NCBI GenBank assembly: GCA_048938445.1 | Contig: JBHLME010000003.1 | Coordinates: 1-64,000 of the forward strand | DNA: 64,000 nucleotides | Direction: 5' to 3' | Origin: Promethearchaeota archaeon | Lineage (GTDB): Archaea; Asgardarchaeota; Lokiarchaeia; Sigyniarchaeales; SOKP01 | Part shown: positions 31,448 through 41,135 of the stretch, piece after piece | How positions within the stretch are numbered: position 1 is the first letter of the stretch | How the letters are laid out: each line of letters begins with the position of its first letter | Notes under the pieces: generated by a model | What the model saw: only the letters and a program-made list of their open reading frames with translations | Told to the model about the DNA's origin: nothing | Database searches by the model: none | Made by a program: the position numbers and the translations under genes

Positions 31448-31995
31448 GCTTCATTTAATTTATCAATTATCATATCAAGTGCTTTATTAACATTCAATCC
31501 TGTTTTACTCGAAATTAAAAGATAACCAAAAACTTCTTCATAAGTATCTACGATTGTTCCAAGAATTTCCGTAAATAAAGCCTTTGTTTCATCATCAACC
31601 TCATCTTCCTTGGTCCCTAGAATTAGAAGGGGGATGTCTCCACTTTCAGATAAAATATCCATCCATTCTTCTACTTTATCCAAAGTATTAAAACGTGTCA
31701 TGTCAAATAAGAAAACGGCAACGCTGGAACCATCTACAAAATCTAGTAATAATTTTCTGAACCGATCTTGTCCTCCAAAATCCCAAAATATGAGCTCATA
31801 ATCCTTACCGTGATGACTCATTGTTATTTTCTTGTTAAAAAATTCTACACCCCTGGTTAATTGAGATTCATCATCAAAAGTATTATTTATTACCTTGTTT
31901 AGAAAAGAGGTTTTACCGACTCCTCCCTCTCCACAGATTACTATCTTGATATACGAACCATTGATATTGTTCATTTTCAGATCTATATGTGTCAT
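31429..31995 (-). CDS. Rab-like small GTPase
   Basis: GEGGVGKTS, TRGVEF, WDFGGQDRF, GTKED, SSKTG. Confidence 0.93.
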   Translation of the reverse strand: MTHIDLKMNNINGSYIKIVICGEGGVGKTSFLNKVINNTFDDESQLTRGVEFFNKKITMSHHGKDYELIFWDFGGQDRFRKLLLDFVDGSSVAVFLFDMTRFNTLDKVEEWMDILSESGDIPLLILGTKEDEVDDETKALFTEILGTIVDTYEEVFGYLLISSKTGLNVNKALDMIIDKLNEAHFDSF

Positions 31996-32170
31996 ATATG
32001 TTTTTTTAAATATATTCGTGAGATTTATATTTAAGAATATTATACTTAGAATAAAAATGTATAAAATTAATATTTAACGGTTCTATGACCCATAGAATAT
32101 CGATTCAATAAACTTTATAAGATATTATGATCATGAATCATCTTAGAAAGATAAATGAATAGATGTTATA

Positions 32171-33874
32171 ATGATTGAAATCGACAAAAAAAGTGAGGAT
32201 AAGGTTCAAAAAAGGATAAAGGAACTTGCTAAGCGTGCTTGGGCTAAAACTTGTAAAAATTTTTACTATCCTCCTTTAAATGAGCCTCTTTATATTTTTG
32301 ATTATACTCGAAAGGAAGGTTTCTATATTGATCCTAAACATTGGCAGATAACCATGAATCTAGCCAATACGCCCCCATTTACAGAAAATAAAGAATATTT
32401 CAATTATTTTCATGCAATTACATTACACGAGGTTTCTCATTATCAAATAATCCCCTATGATGGATTATTGAACGCTAAACTATTACGAATGGCCATAAAA
32501 CATGTAAACCAAATATTTGCTCCCATAGTCGTTAATATTTTTTCAGATTTAATAATAGATACGAAATTATTTCAAGATTACCCCGATCTCATGAAATGGG
32601 AAATTGAAACCACCTATAATTATGTTATTCAAGGAAATAAAAATCAATTGAGTAAATTTAGCATGTTCTTGTTTAAAGCTTATGAAAAAATATTTAATAT
32701 TAATTTCATTGGGAGCGAACTTTATCCCGAATTAGATCTTCTAGTCGATAAAATTATTAAAATTATTTCTAAAGATTTTGAGGATGAGACAAAATGGGAG
32801 CAAAAAGTCTCAAAAGTAGCCTATCATTTAAGAGGATTAATTAATGAGACTTTTACTTTAATCAGTCCAGGAGTTTCGACTAGTAAGGGGAAAAGAAGAA
32901 AAAAAACTGATGAAAGTATTATTATCGAACTTCCAGAAGACATTTTAGAATTAATGGATAATCCTTTTGAAAATAAGAATTCAGATAAATTAAACCGTGA
33001 TAATATAGATGGATTAAACGTTAAAGCAGAAGAATTTGCAAAAAATGTTCCTTATTCAGAATTTGGAGCTCCTGCAAGTCAAGCAGGTATTTTAATAGAT
33101 GGAAATTCTCTTGCTACTTGGTATAGAGGTATAGCAAAAGACTTGATAAATATAAAGATATTTGAAAAAAGACCAAGTGGAAAGGTTCCAATTTATCCCG
33201 AAACATGGAGAATTGGAGATCCAATGGAACAATTAGATGTACCCCTTTCTTTAAGTAATTATCCTGTAATGATACCAAATATTACCACTAAAAAATGGGT
33301 ACTAGAAGAGGGTTCTGGGATGATGGTTGAAAAGCAACTTCCTGACATTTTAATCGTTCTAGACTCTTCGGGCTCAATGAGATGGAATATTAAAGGAAAG
33401 ACGGATAATGCCCGAGGACAATATCACACGGCAATAATAGCTTCATTTGCTGCCTTACATCAAGCAGCAAGTAAAGGTGTAAAGTTTAGCATTATTAATT
33501 TCTCTAATCATCCTGATATTTGTCAGTGGACTAGGAATATCTATGAAGCAGAAAATACAATTTTAAGATACCAGGGAGGTGGAACTGTCCTACCAATTAA
33601 AGGAATGGTGGATCAATGCAATAAAGCTGAGAAGAAAGTTCTTGTATTATTAATTACAGATTTTGGATTATATAACTGGGAAAAATCTAAGAAGAAATTT
33701 TTAGAACTAGCCAATAAAGGCCATTTTATCATAGGGTTTTTTATTGGCGCTCAAAAAATTCCTAAAAGTAAGTTTAAAACCTTGCTTGATAAAGTAAAAT
33801 TCTATCCAATAAAAAATATTAAAAAATTAATCGATCTCGTTATAGAAAACGTTAATGAGCATTTTTCCATTTGA
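32171..33874 (+). CDS. vWA domain protein with N-terminal HExxH metallopeptidase-like domain
   Basis: LHEVSH, N..SDLIID; MIDAS DSSGS, GGT, ITD. Confidence 0.88.
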   Translation: MIEIDKKSEDKVQKRIKELAKRAWAKTCKNFYYPPLNEPLYIFDYTRKEGFYIDPKHWQITMNLANTPPFTENKEYFNYFHAITLHEVSHYQIIPYDGLLNAKLLRMAIKHVNQIFAPIVVNIFSDLIIDTKLFQDYPDLMKWEIETTYNYVIQGNKNQLSKFSMFLFKAYEKIFNINFIGSELYPELDLLVDKIIKIISKDFEDETKWEQKVSKVAYHLRGLINETFTLISPGVSTSKGKRRKKTDESIIIELPEDILELMDNPFENKNSDKLNRDNIDGLNVKAEEFAKNVPYSEFGAPASQAGILIDGNSLATWYRGIAKDLINIKIFEKRPSGKVPIYPETWRIGDPMEQLDVPLSLSNYPVMIPNITTKKWVLEEGSGMMVEKQLPDILIVLDSSGSMRWNIKGKTDNARGQYHTAIIASFAALHQAASKGVKFSIINFSNHPDICQWTRNIYEAENTILRYQGGGTVLPIKGMVDQCNKAEKKVLVLLITDFGLYNWEKSKKKFLELANKGHFIIGFFIGAQKIPKSKFKTLLDKVKFYPIKNIKKLIDLVIENVNEHFSI

Positions 33875-33995
33875 TTAAGTTCTTAGATTTTTAACTATAA
33901 TTTAAATTTTTTAAATTATTATTTTTAATAGGTAAAAATATTTAAAAAAAATACAGTACTCAATTTTTTATTAAAAAAAACTGAAGGATCCTTCA

Positions 33996-34358
33996 ATGCC
34001 TTTTAGTATCGACATCAATAAAGAAAAAAACAGGGTGTTATTATCTTTATCTGGGATTATTCAAAAATCTGAAGAAGAAGATATGATTAAACAAATCCAG
34101 AATGTCGATATTGAATTAAAGAGAAAATATTCTATCTTACTTGATTTAAGAGATTTTAAGATGATGGAAGATCTTCCTTATATGATTAATAAGATTAGCA
34201 AAACTTTTAAACATTTAAGATATTCTGCCTTAATTGTTCCACATTCTTATATTGGAAATAACCAAATACAAACCTTATTAGTTAAGACTAATCATAAAGT
34301 AGAAAACCATTTTTGTGTTGATCTCAATGAAGCTAATTTATGGCTTGATTCTCTTTAA
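33996..34358 (+). CDS. small STAS/SEC14 (SpoIIAA-like) protein
   Basis: LSG, ILLDLRDF, ALIV, F...EA..WL pattern. Confidence 0.65.
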   Translation: MPFSIDINKEKNRVLLSLSGIIQKSEEEDMIKQIQNVDIELKRKYSILLDLRDFKMMEDLPYMINKISKTFKHLRYSALIVPHSYIGNNQIQTLLVKTNHKVENHFCVDLNEANLWLDSL

Positions 34359-34432
34359 ATATTTATATTGAATATTGTTTTGAATCCCTGATAATATACT
34401 ACTAAAAAAAAAAGAATTTTTAAAAAAATATT

Positions 34433-35161
34433 TTAGGGTAAGGAGATTTCATTTGTATTCTCATCTAGGTTGATAAGACCTTTTAAAGCGAGCTGCTTGA
34501 TAGTTCTAACCAGCATAATAGGAGGGATATCCAAGCTTTTTTTTAAATTGTCTAAATGAATATTTCCTTTTTCCATAATAGTTGCAATTATATCAACTTC
34601 TGAAATCTCTTCGGGAGCATGATCATAGACAAACATTGGAAAGAAATTTTCCTGTTTTAAACGTGCTATTTGTTTCTCTAATTCTGCCATCCTCGCTTTT
34701 TGATCTCCTGATAATTGATTTTCTTTATTCTCATTATCAATTTTCTTTTGGTCAAGTTCCGCTTTTTCTGCTTCTTTTGCTGAAATCTTTTCGTTCAAAC
34801 CATCGACTTTAGAAACAAGATTTTCAAGCTCAAATTGGGGTTTTTTGGAATCTGAAATGATTTTTTCGAGGTCTGCATTTAACTCTTGCATTTTTAATGT
34901 AGACTCTTCCTTCTTTGATCTTAATCCCTCAATTTTATTATCCATTTCTTCTGATTTTGTTTTCAAGCTCGTTAATTGGCTGTTCAATACAGATATTTCA
35001 TTATTTAATTCTTCATTTTCTTTTTCAAGAACTTTCATTAATTTATAAGTCTCGCTTAAACCTTTAATCAATTCATCATATTGTTTTTTCCATGCTTGAT
35101 TATACGTATCAAGAACTCCTTCAAATTGTTCAATAGCTCCTAACATGTCTTTAATGACCAT
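34433..35161 (-). CDS. coiled-coil protein with C-terminal winged helix
   Basis: ~165-aa heptad-rich region; IIATIMEKG..HLDNLKKSLDIPP...VRTIKQLALKGLINLD. Confidence 0.85.
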   Translation of the reverse strand: MVIKDMLGAIEQFEGVLDTYNQAWKKQYDELIKGLSETYKLMKVLEKENEELNNEISVLNSQLTSLKTKSEEMDNKIEGLRSKKEESTLKMQELNADLEKIISDSKKPQFELENLVSKVDGLNEKISAKEAEKAELDQKKIDNENKENQLSGDQKARMAELEKQIARLKQENFFPMFVYDHAPEEISEVDIIATIMEKGNIHLDNLKKSLDIPPIMLVRTIKQLALKGLINLDENTNEISLP

Positions 35162-35911
35162 TTAAAATCCCACCTCCTCTTTTAATAAAACAGTTCCCGC
35201 CGCTTCATTAAATTCAATCGGTCCTCCTTCACTGACTATGTCTCGAAGGATCTGTTTTGCTTTAGCTTCAGGAAGGTCAATACCAATACAGAGTGGTTTT
35301 ATTTCTGTTTGAGTCCCAGGAATTAATGCTTTAATTAACGTTAGGTGTTGAGTTTTGATATAGTTCATTTTTATAAGAGCTTTTATTGAAGCAACCCTAT
35401 GACCAAAAGAACTGAGATAATTTTCTTTTTTCTCGAGTTCTTCTCTGAGAATTGATTCAAGATTTTGTAATCTTTCAGCAAATTTTTTATCTTCCTTAAT
35501 TGCTTCGTGAACTGCATCGTCTAATTCATTTAATCTAGCTGTTCTTGTTTCCAATTCTTCTTTTTTAGTCTTAATTTTTTCATTCATGTCGGTTAATTCA
35601 TTTTGAGCTGTTTGTATTTTATCAAGTAATCCTTGGCGTTCTTTGGTTAGTTCATTATTTTCTTCCTCTAATTTAGCAATATCTCTTTCATCTTGAGCAA
35701 TTTTATTTTTCAGTGAATTAATCTCGTCTTTATTTGCTTCTTTTTTGTTTAAATTTGCTGTTTTTTGTTCCTCATAACTTGCAACGAGGTTTAATAGATT
35801 ATTCGGTGATTCTAATATTTTTGGAATGGAATCAGTATTGATTGCTTGAAGCTCTTCAAGAACAGAAATGATCTTTTTAAGATTTGATTTTGTATCTGTT
35901 AGTTCTGACAA
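35162..35911 (-). CDS. coiled-coil protein with C-terminal winged-helix-like domain
   Basis: GAGGT SD + TTG; ~180-aa coiled coil; L..GIDLPEAKAKQILRDIVSEGGPIEFN...VLL; stop abuts the next start. Confidence 0.85.
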   Translation of the reverse strand: MSELTDTKSNLKKIISVLEELQAINTDSIPKILESPNNLLNLVASYEEQKTANLNKKEANKDEINSLKNKIAQDERDIAKLEEENNELTKERQGLLDKIQTAQNELTDMNEKIKTKKEELETRTARLNELDDAVHEAIKEDKKFAERLQNLESILREELEKKENYLSSFGHRVASIKALIKMNYIKTQHLTLIKALIPGTQTEIKPLCIGIDLPEAKAKQILRDIVSEGGPIEFNEAAGTVLLKEEVGF

Positions 35912-36062
35912 TATAAATACCTCTTATATCGAAATTTTTATAAAATTAAGTATGAAATTTAAAAAAATAGTAAAATAAGTTGTATATATATCTTCTTAAA
36001 ACAAATTATTTTAAAATAAGGATATGATTCGTTCGATTGGTAAATGATTATAAAATTAGAGA

Positions 36063-36335
36063 TTATTCCCTTTTATTTCTACGAGCAATATCTTTTAAAT
36101 ATAATTTCATGAAATATCTTTCTGAATTACAGTAATCTAACCGTTGCGATGTTGTCAAATCTTGATATTTTTGTAGAGTCTTATGCAACTTTCTTAAAAT
36201 TAAAAGATTATCATTTAAAGGATTTTTCCAATTTTCTTTTAAATAACTTGATAACTCCTCATCTATTTCATTTAATCTTGATAAGCTAGATTCCTTTATA
36301 TTCAGTTCTTTCCTATCAGGTATTCTTATACTCAT
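36063..36335 (-). CDS. hypothetical protein
   Basis: 90-aa helical ORF, no motif. Confidence 0.55.
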   Translation of the reverse strand: MSIRIPDRKELNIKESSLSRLNEIDEELSSYLKENWKNPLNDNLLILRKLHKTLQKYQDLTTSQRLDYCNSERYFMKLYLKDIARRNKRE

Positions 36336-36692
36336 TTATTCTCAAGAATTAGAACAATTATTTTTTGGCATCATAATTCTGGGATAAAACTATATGAAAG
36401 ATATAAAATGTTTAATTTGAAAGAAAGTAATATTTATGTAATATATGGGCAATCGATAGTAATGAAATTTAAACATAAAAACTGAAATTTATTTAGTCTT
36501 TAAAAAATATTTCATAAAAAAAAGCTATATATAATGGAAGAATTAAGGATAATTAGTTTGGAGAAAAAATCTTATTTTTTATGATTCTCAATATAATTAT
36601 TTATCCATTGGAGGGAAGAATTTAACATAATTAATTACATTACTTCTGTAAATTTCATTGAAATTAAGTTAAAAAAAAGTAAAAATTAGAAA

Positions 36693-37442
36693 TTAAACAT
36701 TCCATCCTTTTTTCTTCAATATATAGTTTTTTATACGTTCAGGCAAAGCAAAGGTAATATATAAACCGAACATTGCAACAACATAGAGAGCTCTACTAAT
36801 GAATAAAAAAATCGCTATTTTAAATGAAAATTCAAATACTGAAGCTATATTTGAAACAATCAAATAGAATAAAAAAGTTATACCCTTTAGTTTTACTACT
36901 GGATTTTCCGTTTTTAGAGAGTTTACGATAAAAATCACTCCTGTAATGATAAAGATAAATGTAAATATAATTACAGGGATATAATAAATTGGTGCAAAAT
37001 CCAATTCAAAATCAGGTGTGTAACCCGTGCCAAAAAGATGTCTCTGTCCTAATATTATTACGATTAAAGTAAAACAAAGATAAATCGCAATATATGCAAT
37101 ATAAATCCCCACAATAATTTTTTGTTTTTCCTTATAGAGGAGGTTAGTAAAAAGTAGTAACCATGCTGTAATTCCAACTGCACTAAAGATAAATAGTATC
37201 AAAAAATCAAGTTCAGGTAAAATATCGATACCACTTAACATGTAAAAAAAATAATTTATCGCAGAAATGTAGGAAAAAATAGCAAAAAAACTTATATATA
37301 TCGCTACTAAAGCAATATTTTTATCCTTGATTTTGTAGGATTTATATAATAAATAGGTACTTGCAATGGTAAATAATATCACCTGTAGTATCGTTAACAT
37401 TAAATTAATTTGTTGTATGTCAAGTATTCCAATACCGTCCAT
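36693..37442 (-). CDS. 7-TM membrane protein
   Basis: Seven hydrophobic segments; ends ..LP.RIK; no soluble output domain. Confidence 0.8.
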   Translation of the reverse strand: MDGIGILDIQQINLMLTILQVILFTIASTYLLYKSYKIKDKNIALVAIYISFFAIFSYISAINYFFYMLSGIDILPELDFLILFIFSAVGITAWLLLFTNLLYKEKQKIIVGIYIAYIAIYLCFTLIVIILGQRHLFGTGYTPDFELDFAPIYYIPVIIFTFIFIITGVIFIVNSLKTENPVVKLKGITFLFYLIVSNIASVFEFSFKIAIFLFISRALYVVAMFGLYITFALPERIKNYILKKKGWNV

Positions 37443-37677
37443 TTTTTTTTCATTCCAAATTTTTTATTTTTTTATATTTTAACTATTCCTTCAAAAAATA
37501 ATTCAATTGTTTTATTAATAAATTGATAATATTATTTAAAATGATTAATATAAAAAAATATTCCCAAAATCTATGATTTTTTCAACGAATCTTCGTGAAA
37601 AATGAATAAACCTAAATTTTAAATATGTTATAGATCATTACTAGAATAATTCAAACATCTAAATTTGGTTTTTTTTC

Positions 37678-38541
37678 TTGATTTCTTCTGATGATTTATC
37701 AGTTAAAATAGTAGTTCGCTGTCCAATCTGTAATACTAAAGGTCAAATGAATATTGAAAAAAACATTATTGATCAAAATACAAAGGGAATTACGGCAATT
37801 AATGTTGCAGAAAATCTCATATGTGAACATTCATTTGTAACCTATGTTGATAAAAATCTCGTCATAAGGGATTCATTCGTTTGTGATTTTAAGGTTGAAA
37901 TACCCGAGATTGAGGATCCCGAATTAGAAAGATTTGAAGCACCAAACCTTTTTGATATAAGCATTATAAAATTAAATTTAATGCCTTCAGTACTCGCTAA
38001 GTTAATTAAAGCGATACTTTTAGGAGAAAAAATTGTTTATATCTCAGATCAAGAACATTTAAATGAGCATTATCTTAAGTTTTTACAATATATCTTTGGA
38101 GACACTTTTAATATAGAAATAATTTTTCTCCCACTTAGAGAATATAAGAGAAGTTCTAAAGATTATCGAGAATATTTCGTTTTAAATGGAAATAACATTC
38201 TAAGAGATAATAATAAAATAATTGAACAAGCAAAATTGAAGATTGAAAACTCTATTGTACAAAAATTTTTTAGGGATTATGATGATATTTCGAGTTTAAT
38301 CCTCTTTAAAAATGAAATCAATAAAATTGAACGAATAATACATCAAATACTCAAGTATCATAAATCGCAAAAAGAAGGACAAGAATTTAGGACACCAGAA
38401 GCTATTTCTTATTTGAATAACATTTATAAAATTAATATACCACTTTCTTACTTTAACTTCTTATTAGACATCATTGAATCTTACTTTGTTTTGGACTTAA
38501 ATAGGCCCTCAAAAATGACTGACTTTTTAGGGTTACTCTAA
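37678..38541 (+). CDS. zinc-ribbon protein with possible DENN-like alpha/beta domain
   Basis: CPIC...CEH N-terminus; LIKAILLGEKIVYIS segment. Confidence 0.75.
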   Translation: MISSDDLSVKIVVRCPICNTKGQMNIEKNIIDQNTKGITAINVAENLICEHSFVTYVDKNLVIRDSFVCDFKVEIPEIEDPELERFEAPNLFDISIIKLNLMPSVLAKLIKAILLGEKIVYISDQEHLNEHYLKFLQYIFGDTFNIEIIFLPLREYKRSSKDYREYFVLNGNNILRDNNKIIEQAKLKIENSIVQKFFRDYDDISSLILFKNEINKIERIIHQILKYHKSQKEGQEFRTPEAISYLNNIYKINIPLSYFNFLLDIIESYFVLDLNRPSKMTDFLGLL

Positions 38542-38805
38542 AATATTTTACGATGATGCTTTTTTAATCTACTACAAGTTTTGTTCAACCTTAAAGACAT
38601 TCTTTGGTTTTTTATTGAAATATAAATATTTTTAGTGTAGGGTATATCATATATGCCACTAAAATTAGGTTATAAAGTGTTTTTAAAAATAGTTAAAAGT
38701 CTTACATATGAAATTTTACATTTTTTATCTAAAAATAAAATTAAAAGAAAGTTATAATATATATAGACTGTCAAAAAAAATAAAGTATTTAGTCGTCAAG
38801 TTTCT

Positions 38806-39981
38806 ATGATCATTGAAGTCTTAATCTGTGCTGATATGGCATACAAAAGAAAAGCGTTGAGCACGTTCATTTCCTCAAATCCATACATGGTTATCGTGAA
38901 TATTGCACGAAATGGGATTGATGCCATGAAGATGGTAGAAAAATACTCACCAGACATCATGGTGCTTGATATTAAAAGTGATAACCTAAAATTCTTATAT
39001 GGATTTAAAGAATTAAATAAAAATCATATCCTTCCAACGATCTTTATCTTAGAGTATGATGATGATATCAATTCAATTGGAAATATTTTATTAAATTTAG
39101 ATTTTAAAGAATTCTATTATGTAAGAAAACCTGAAGGAACTTACCAAGAGCAATACAAAGGGATAATCGATCCTTTGACCAATAAAATTCTTAAGATCAC
39201 GAGAACGAAGTATAAAAAAATAGAAGAAAAAAAAAAGTATTTAAGAGAAACATTAAATCAACGAGATGACTTCTATTATAACAAATTCCAGAAAAAAGAT
39301 ACAGTAATAGATACAAGTCCCACGAAGATTGAAAAAGATGAGTCTAATGAGCTAGATCTCACTGATGTGTCTTTAACTCCTGATCTAGATATCCATTTAG
39401 AAACAAATATAATTGTAATGGGTGCAAGTGTTGGTGGTCCAAAAACGTTTAGAAAAATTCTGAAAGAAATACCTCCTTCATTTCCTAGTCCTATTTTATT
39501 AGTTCAGCATTTAGATCATTTTTTCATGCGTCAATTTGCCGTAAACCTTAAACGTGATTGTAATCTATCCGTTAAAATACCTCGAAATGGTGAACAAATA
39601 GAACCACAGACAATTTATGTTTCTCCAGGGGGATATCACATGGAGATAATAGTTCTAAGTAATAAACCATGTATAAGAATATTTGAAGGAGAACCAGTGA
39701 ATTTTTGTAGACCTTCCGTGGATGTACTTTTCAATTCAGCAGCTCGAGTATATAGAAATCACACATTAGGTATCCTTTTAACTGGTATGGGTAAAGATGG
39801 TGTTAATGGGCTCTTAGCAATAAAAAAAATGGGTGGAAAAACCATAGCAGAATCAGAGGAAACTAGTATTTTATATGGAATGCCTAAAATGGCAAAAGAA
39901 AGCAAAGCTGCAGATAACATTCTTCCCAATTACAAGATTAAAAATTATATGATTAATTTTGCTAAGAGATTACATGAATAA
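38806..39981 (+). CDS. cheB: CheB-like response regulator / protein-glutamate methylesterase
   Basis: Receiver (ARNG.DA, PDIMVLD, KP); esterase GASVGGP, VQH, PGGYHM, RPSVDVLF, LTGMGKDG, YGMP. Confidence 0.92.
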   Translation: MIIEVLICADMAYKRKALSTFISSNPYMVIVNIARNGIDAMKMVEKYSPDIMVLDIKSDNLKFLYGFKELNKNHILPTIFILEYDDDINSIGNILLNLDFKEFYYVRKPEGTYQEQYKGIIDPLTNKILKITRTKYKKIEEKKKYLRETLNQRDDFYYNKFQKKDTVIDTSPTKIEKDESNELDLTDVSLTPDLDIHLETNIIVMGASVGGPKTFRKILKEIPPSFPSPILLVQHLDHFFMRQFAVNLKRDCNLSVKIPRNGEQIEPQTIYVSPGGYHMEIIVLSNKPCIRIFEGEPVNFCRPSVDVLFNSAARVYRNHTLGILLTGMGKDGVNGLLAIKKMGGKTIAESEETSILYGMPKMAKESKAADNILPNYKIKNYMINFAKRLHE

Positions 39982-40010
39982 ACAGATTTAAAAATAATAA
40001 ATAGCTTAGT

Positions 40011-40715
40011 ATGTATATGAAGTTGTATAAGATTAGTGAAGAGGGAACTCTAAACGAGGTTAATAAATTAGACTTCATAGAAGATGATGTTTACATCGTA
40101 GATGATGATAAAACTATTTATATTTGGGTTGGGCTTAAGGTCCCTCAATCATTAAAAGATACAACAGCAAGCACTGCGCGTCAACTTGATAAAGAAAGGG
40201 GCGGAGCATCAAAAATATTAATCATGAAACAAAACCGGGAATATGGATCATTTTTAGCTATTATGTCTCAATTAAAAAAAGGCTTGAAAGCAGGGATTGA
40301 CGTTGAACGGCGACCAGAATTAGAATTAGAACCTCCAGATGTAATTAAATGGTTAAATCAACTTAAAAAATATCGTAAAATTGCACCAGAACTTAAATAT
40401 GCTGTCTTTAGGGAAGGATACCCGGTAATTGAAGAGGAAGAAGTTCAAGAAGAACTTAATTTTGAAGAGCAAGTGAGAGTTGCCGCATATTATCTATCTA
40501 AAGAGGATTATACTTATGATGAGTTATGCTGGATGCTTGCAGAACGAATTATGAAACAAATGACTCGATTAGCCTCAATTGAGGATATAAGACTCAAAGC
40601 AGAAGAAGTCTTTAGATCTTCCAGTACATATGATGAACTATGTTGGTTAATTGGAGAACTTGATATTCTAAATAAATTCAATTTTTTTGAAGATGAAATT
40701 ACTCCTACCCTTTAA
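40011..40715 (+). CDS. single-domain gelsolin with repeated C-terminal domain (Asgard 1DGelX-like)
   Basis: DDVYIVDD..IYIWVG, Q..E...F gelsolin motifs; two YDELCW.L/I.E repeats. Confidence 0.85.
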   Translation: MYMKLYKISEEGTLNEVNKLDFIEDDVYIVDDDKTIYIWVGLKVPQSLKDTTASTARQLDKERGGASKILIMKQNREYGSFLAIMSQLKKGLKAGIDVERRPELELEPPDVIKWLNQLKKYRKIAPELKYAVFREGYPVIEEEEVQEELNFEEQVRVAAYYLSKEDYTYDELCWMLAERIMKQMTRLASIEDIRLKAEEVFRSSSTYDELCWLIGELDILNKFNFFEDEITPTL

Positions 40716-41086
40716 CGTTTTTAATATTCAAATGTTATACCAATTTATTTTTTCTATTTTCATTAAAAATTTTTAAAATTTCATCATATTCGAGATTTAA
40801 TATAACTTTCAAAAAGATTATTTCTAAATAATTTGGTAGTATTAAAAGAATAAAAAAAAATGATTACAATTACTTTACAATTTTGTATATAGAAATTCAA
40901 GATAATTCATTACTTACTGTTTTTTTAAAAATGCTTCTTCCTAAATGTTTGAGATAAATAGTCTTCCTAAAGAAAATTATTAAAAAATGGTACTGAGAGA
41001 ACTAATCAAACAAAAGATGAATCCAACTCCCATTATTTGCTCTATACTTCATTTAGTCATTTTTCTTTTTTTTCAAGAAAAATTTG

Positions 41087-41100
41087 CGAAAAACTTTTAA
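41087..41100 (+). promoter_or_regulatory. archaeal BRE+TATA promoter
   Basis: CGAAAAACTTTTAA about 35 nt upstream of 41136. Confidence 0.55.
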
Positions 41101-41135
41101 TGACATTTAAATAGGAACTAGTGATAATTATATAA

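Noticed and set aside
34433-35911. SMC/Rad50 or ESCRT-III assignment for the coiled-coil pair
   Set aside because: No Walker motifs or hinge; winged-helix-like heads and rod length do not fit Snf7/PspA
40900-41060. Minus-strand ATG ACT AAA TGA ... hydrophobic stretch as a selenoprotein or pseudogene
   Set aside because: Very short, multiple stops, no Sec-type motif or recognisable SECIS
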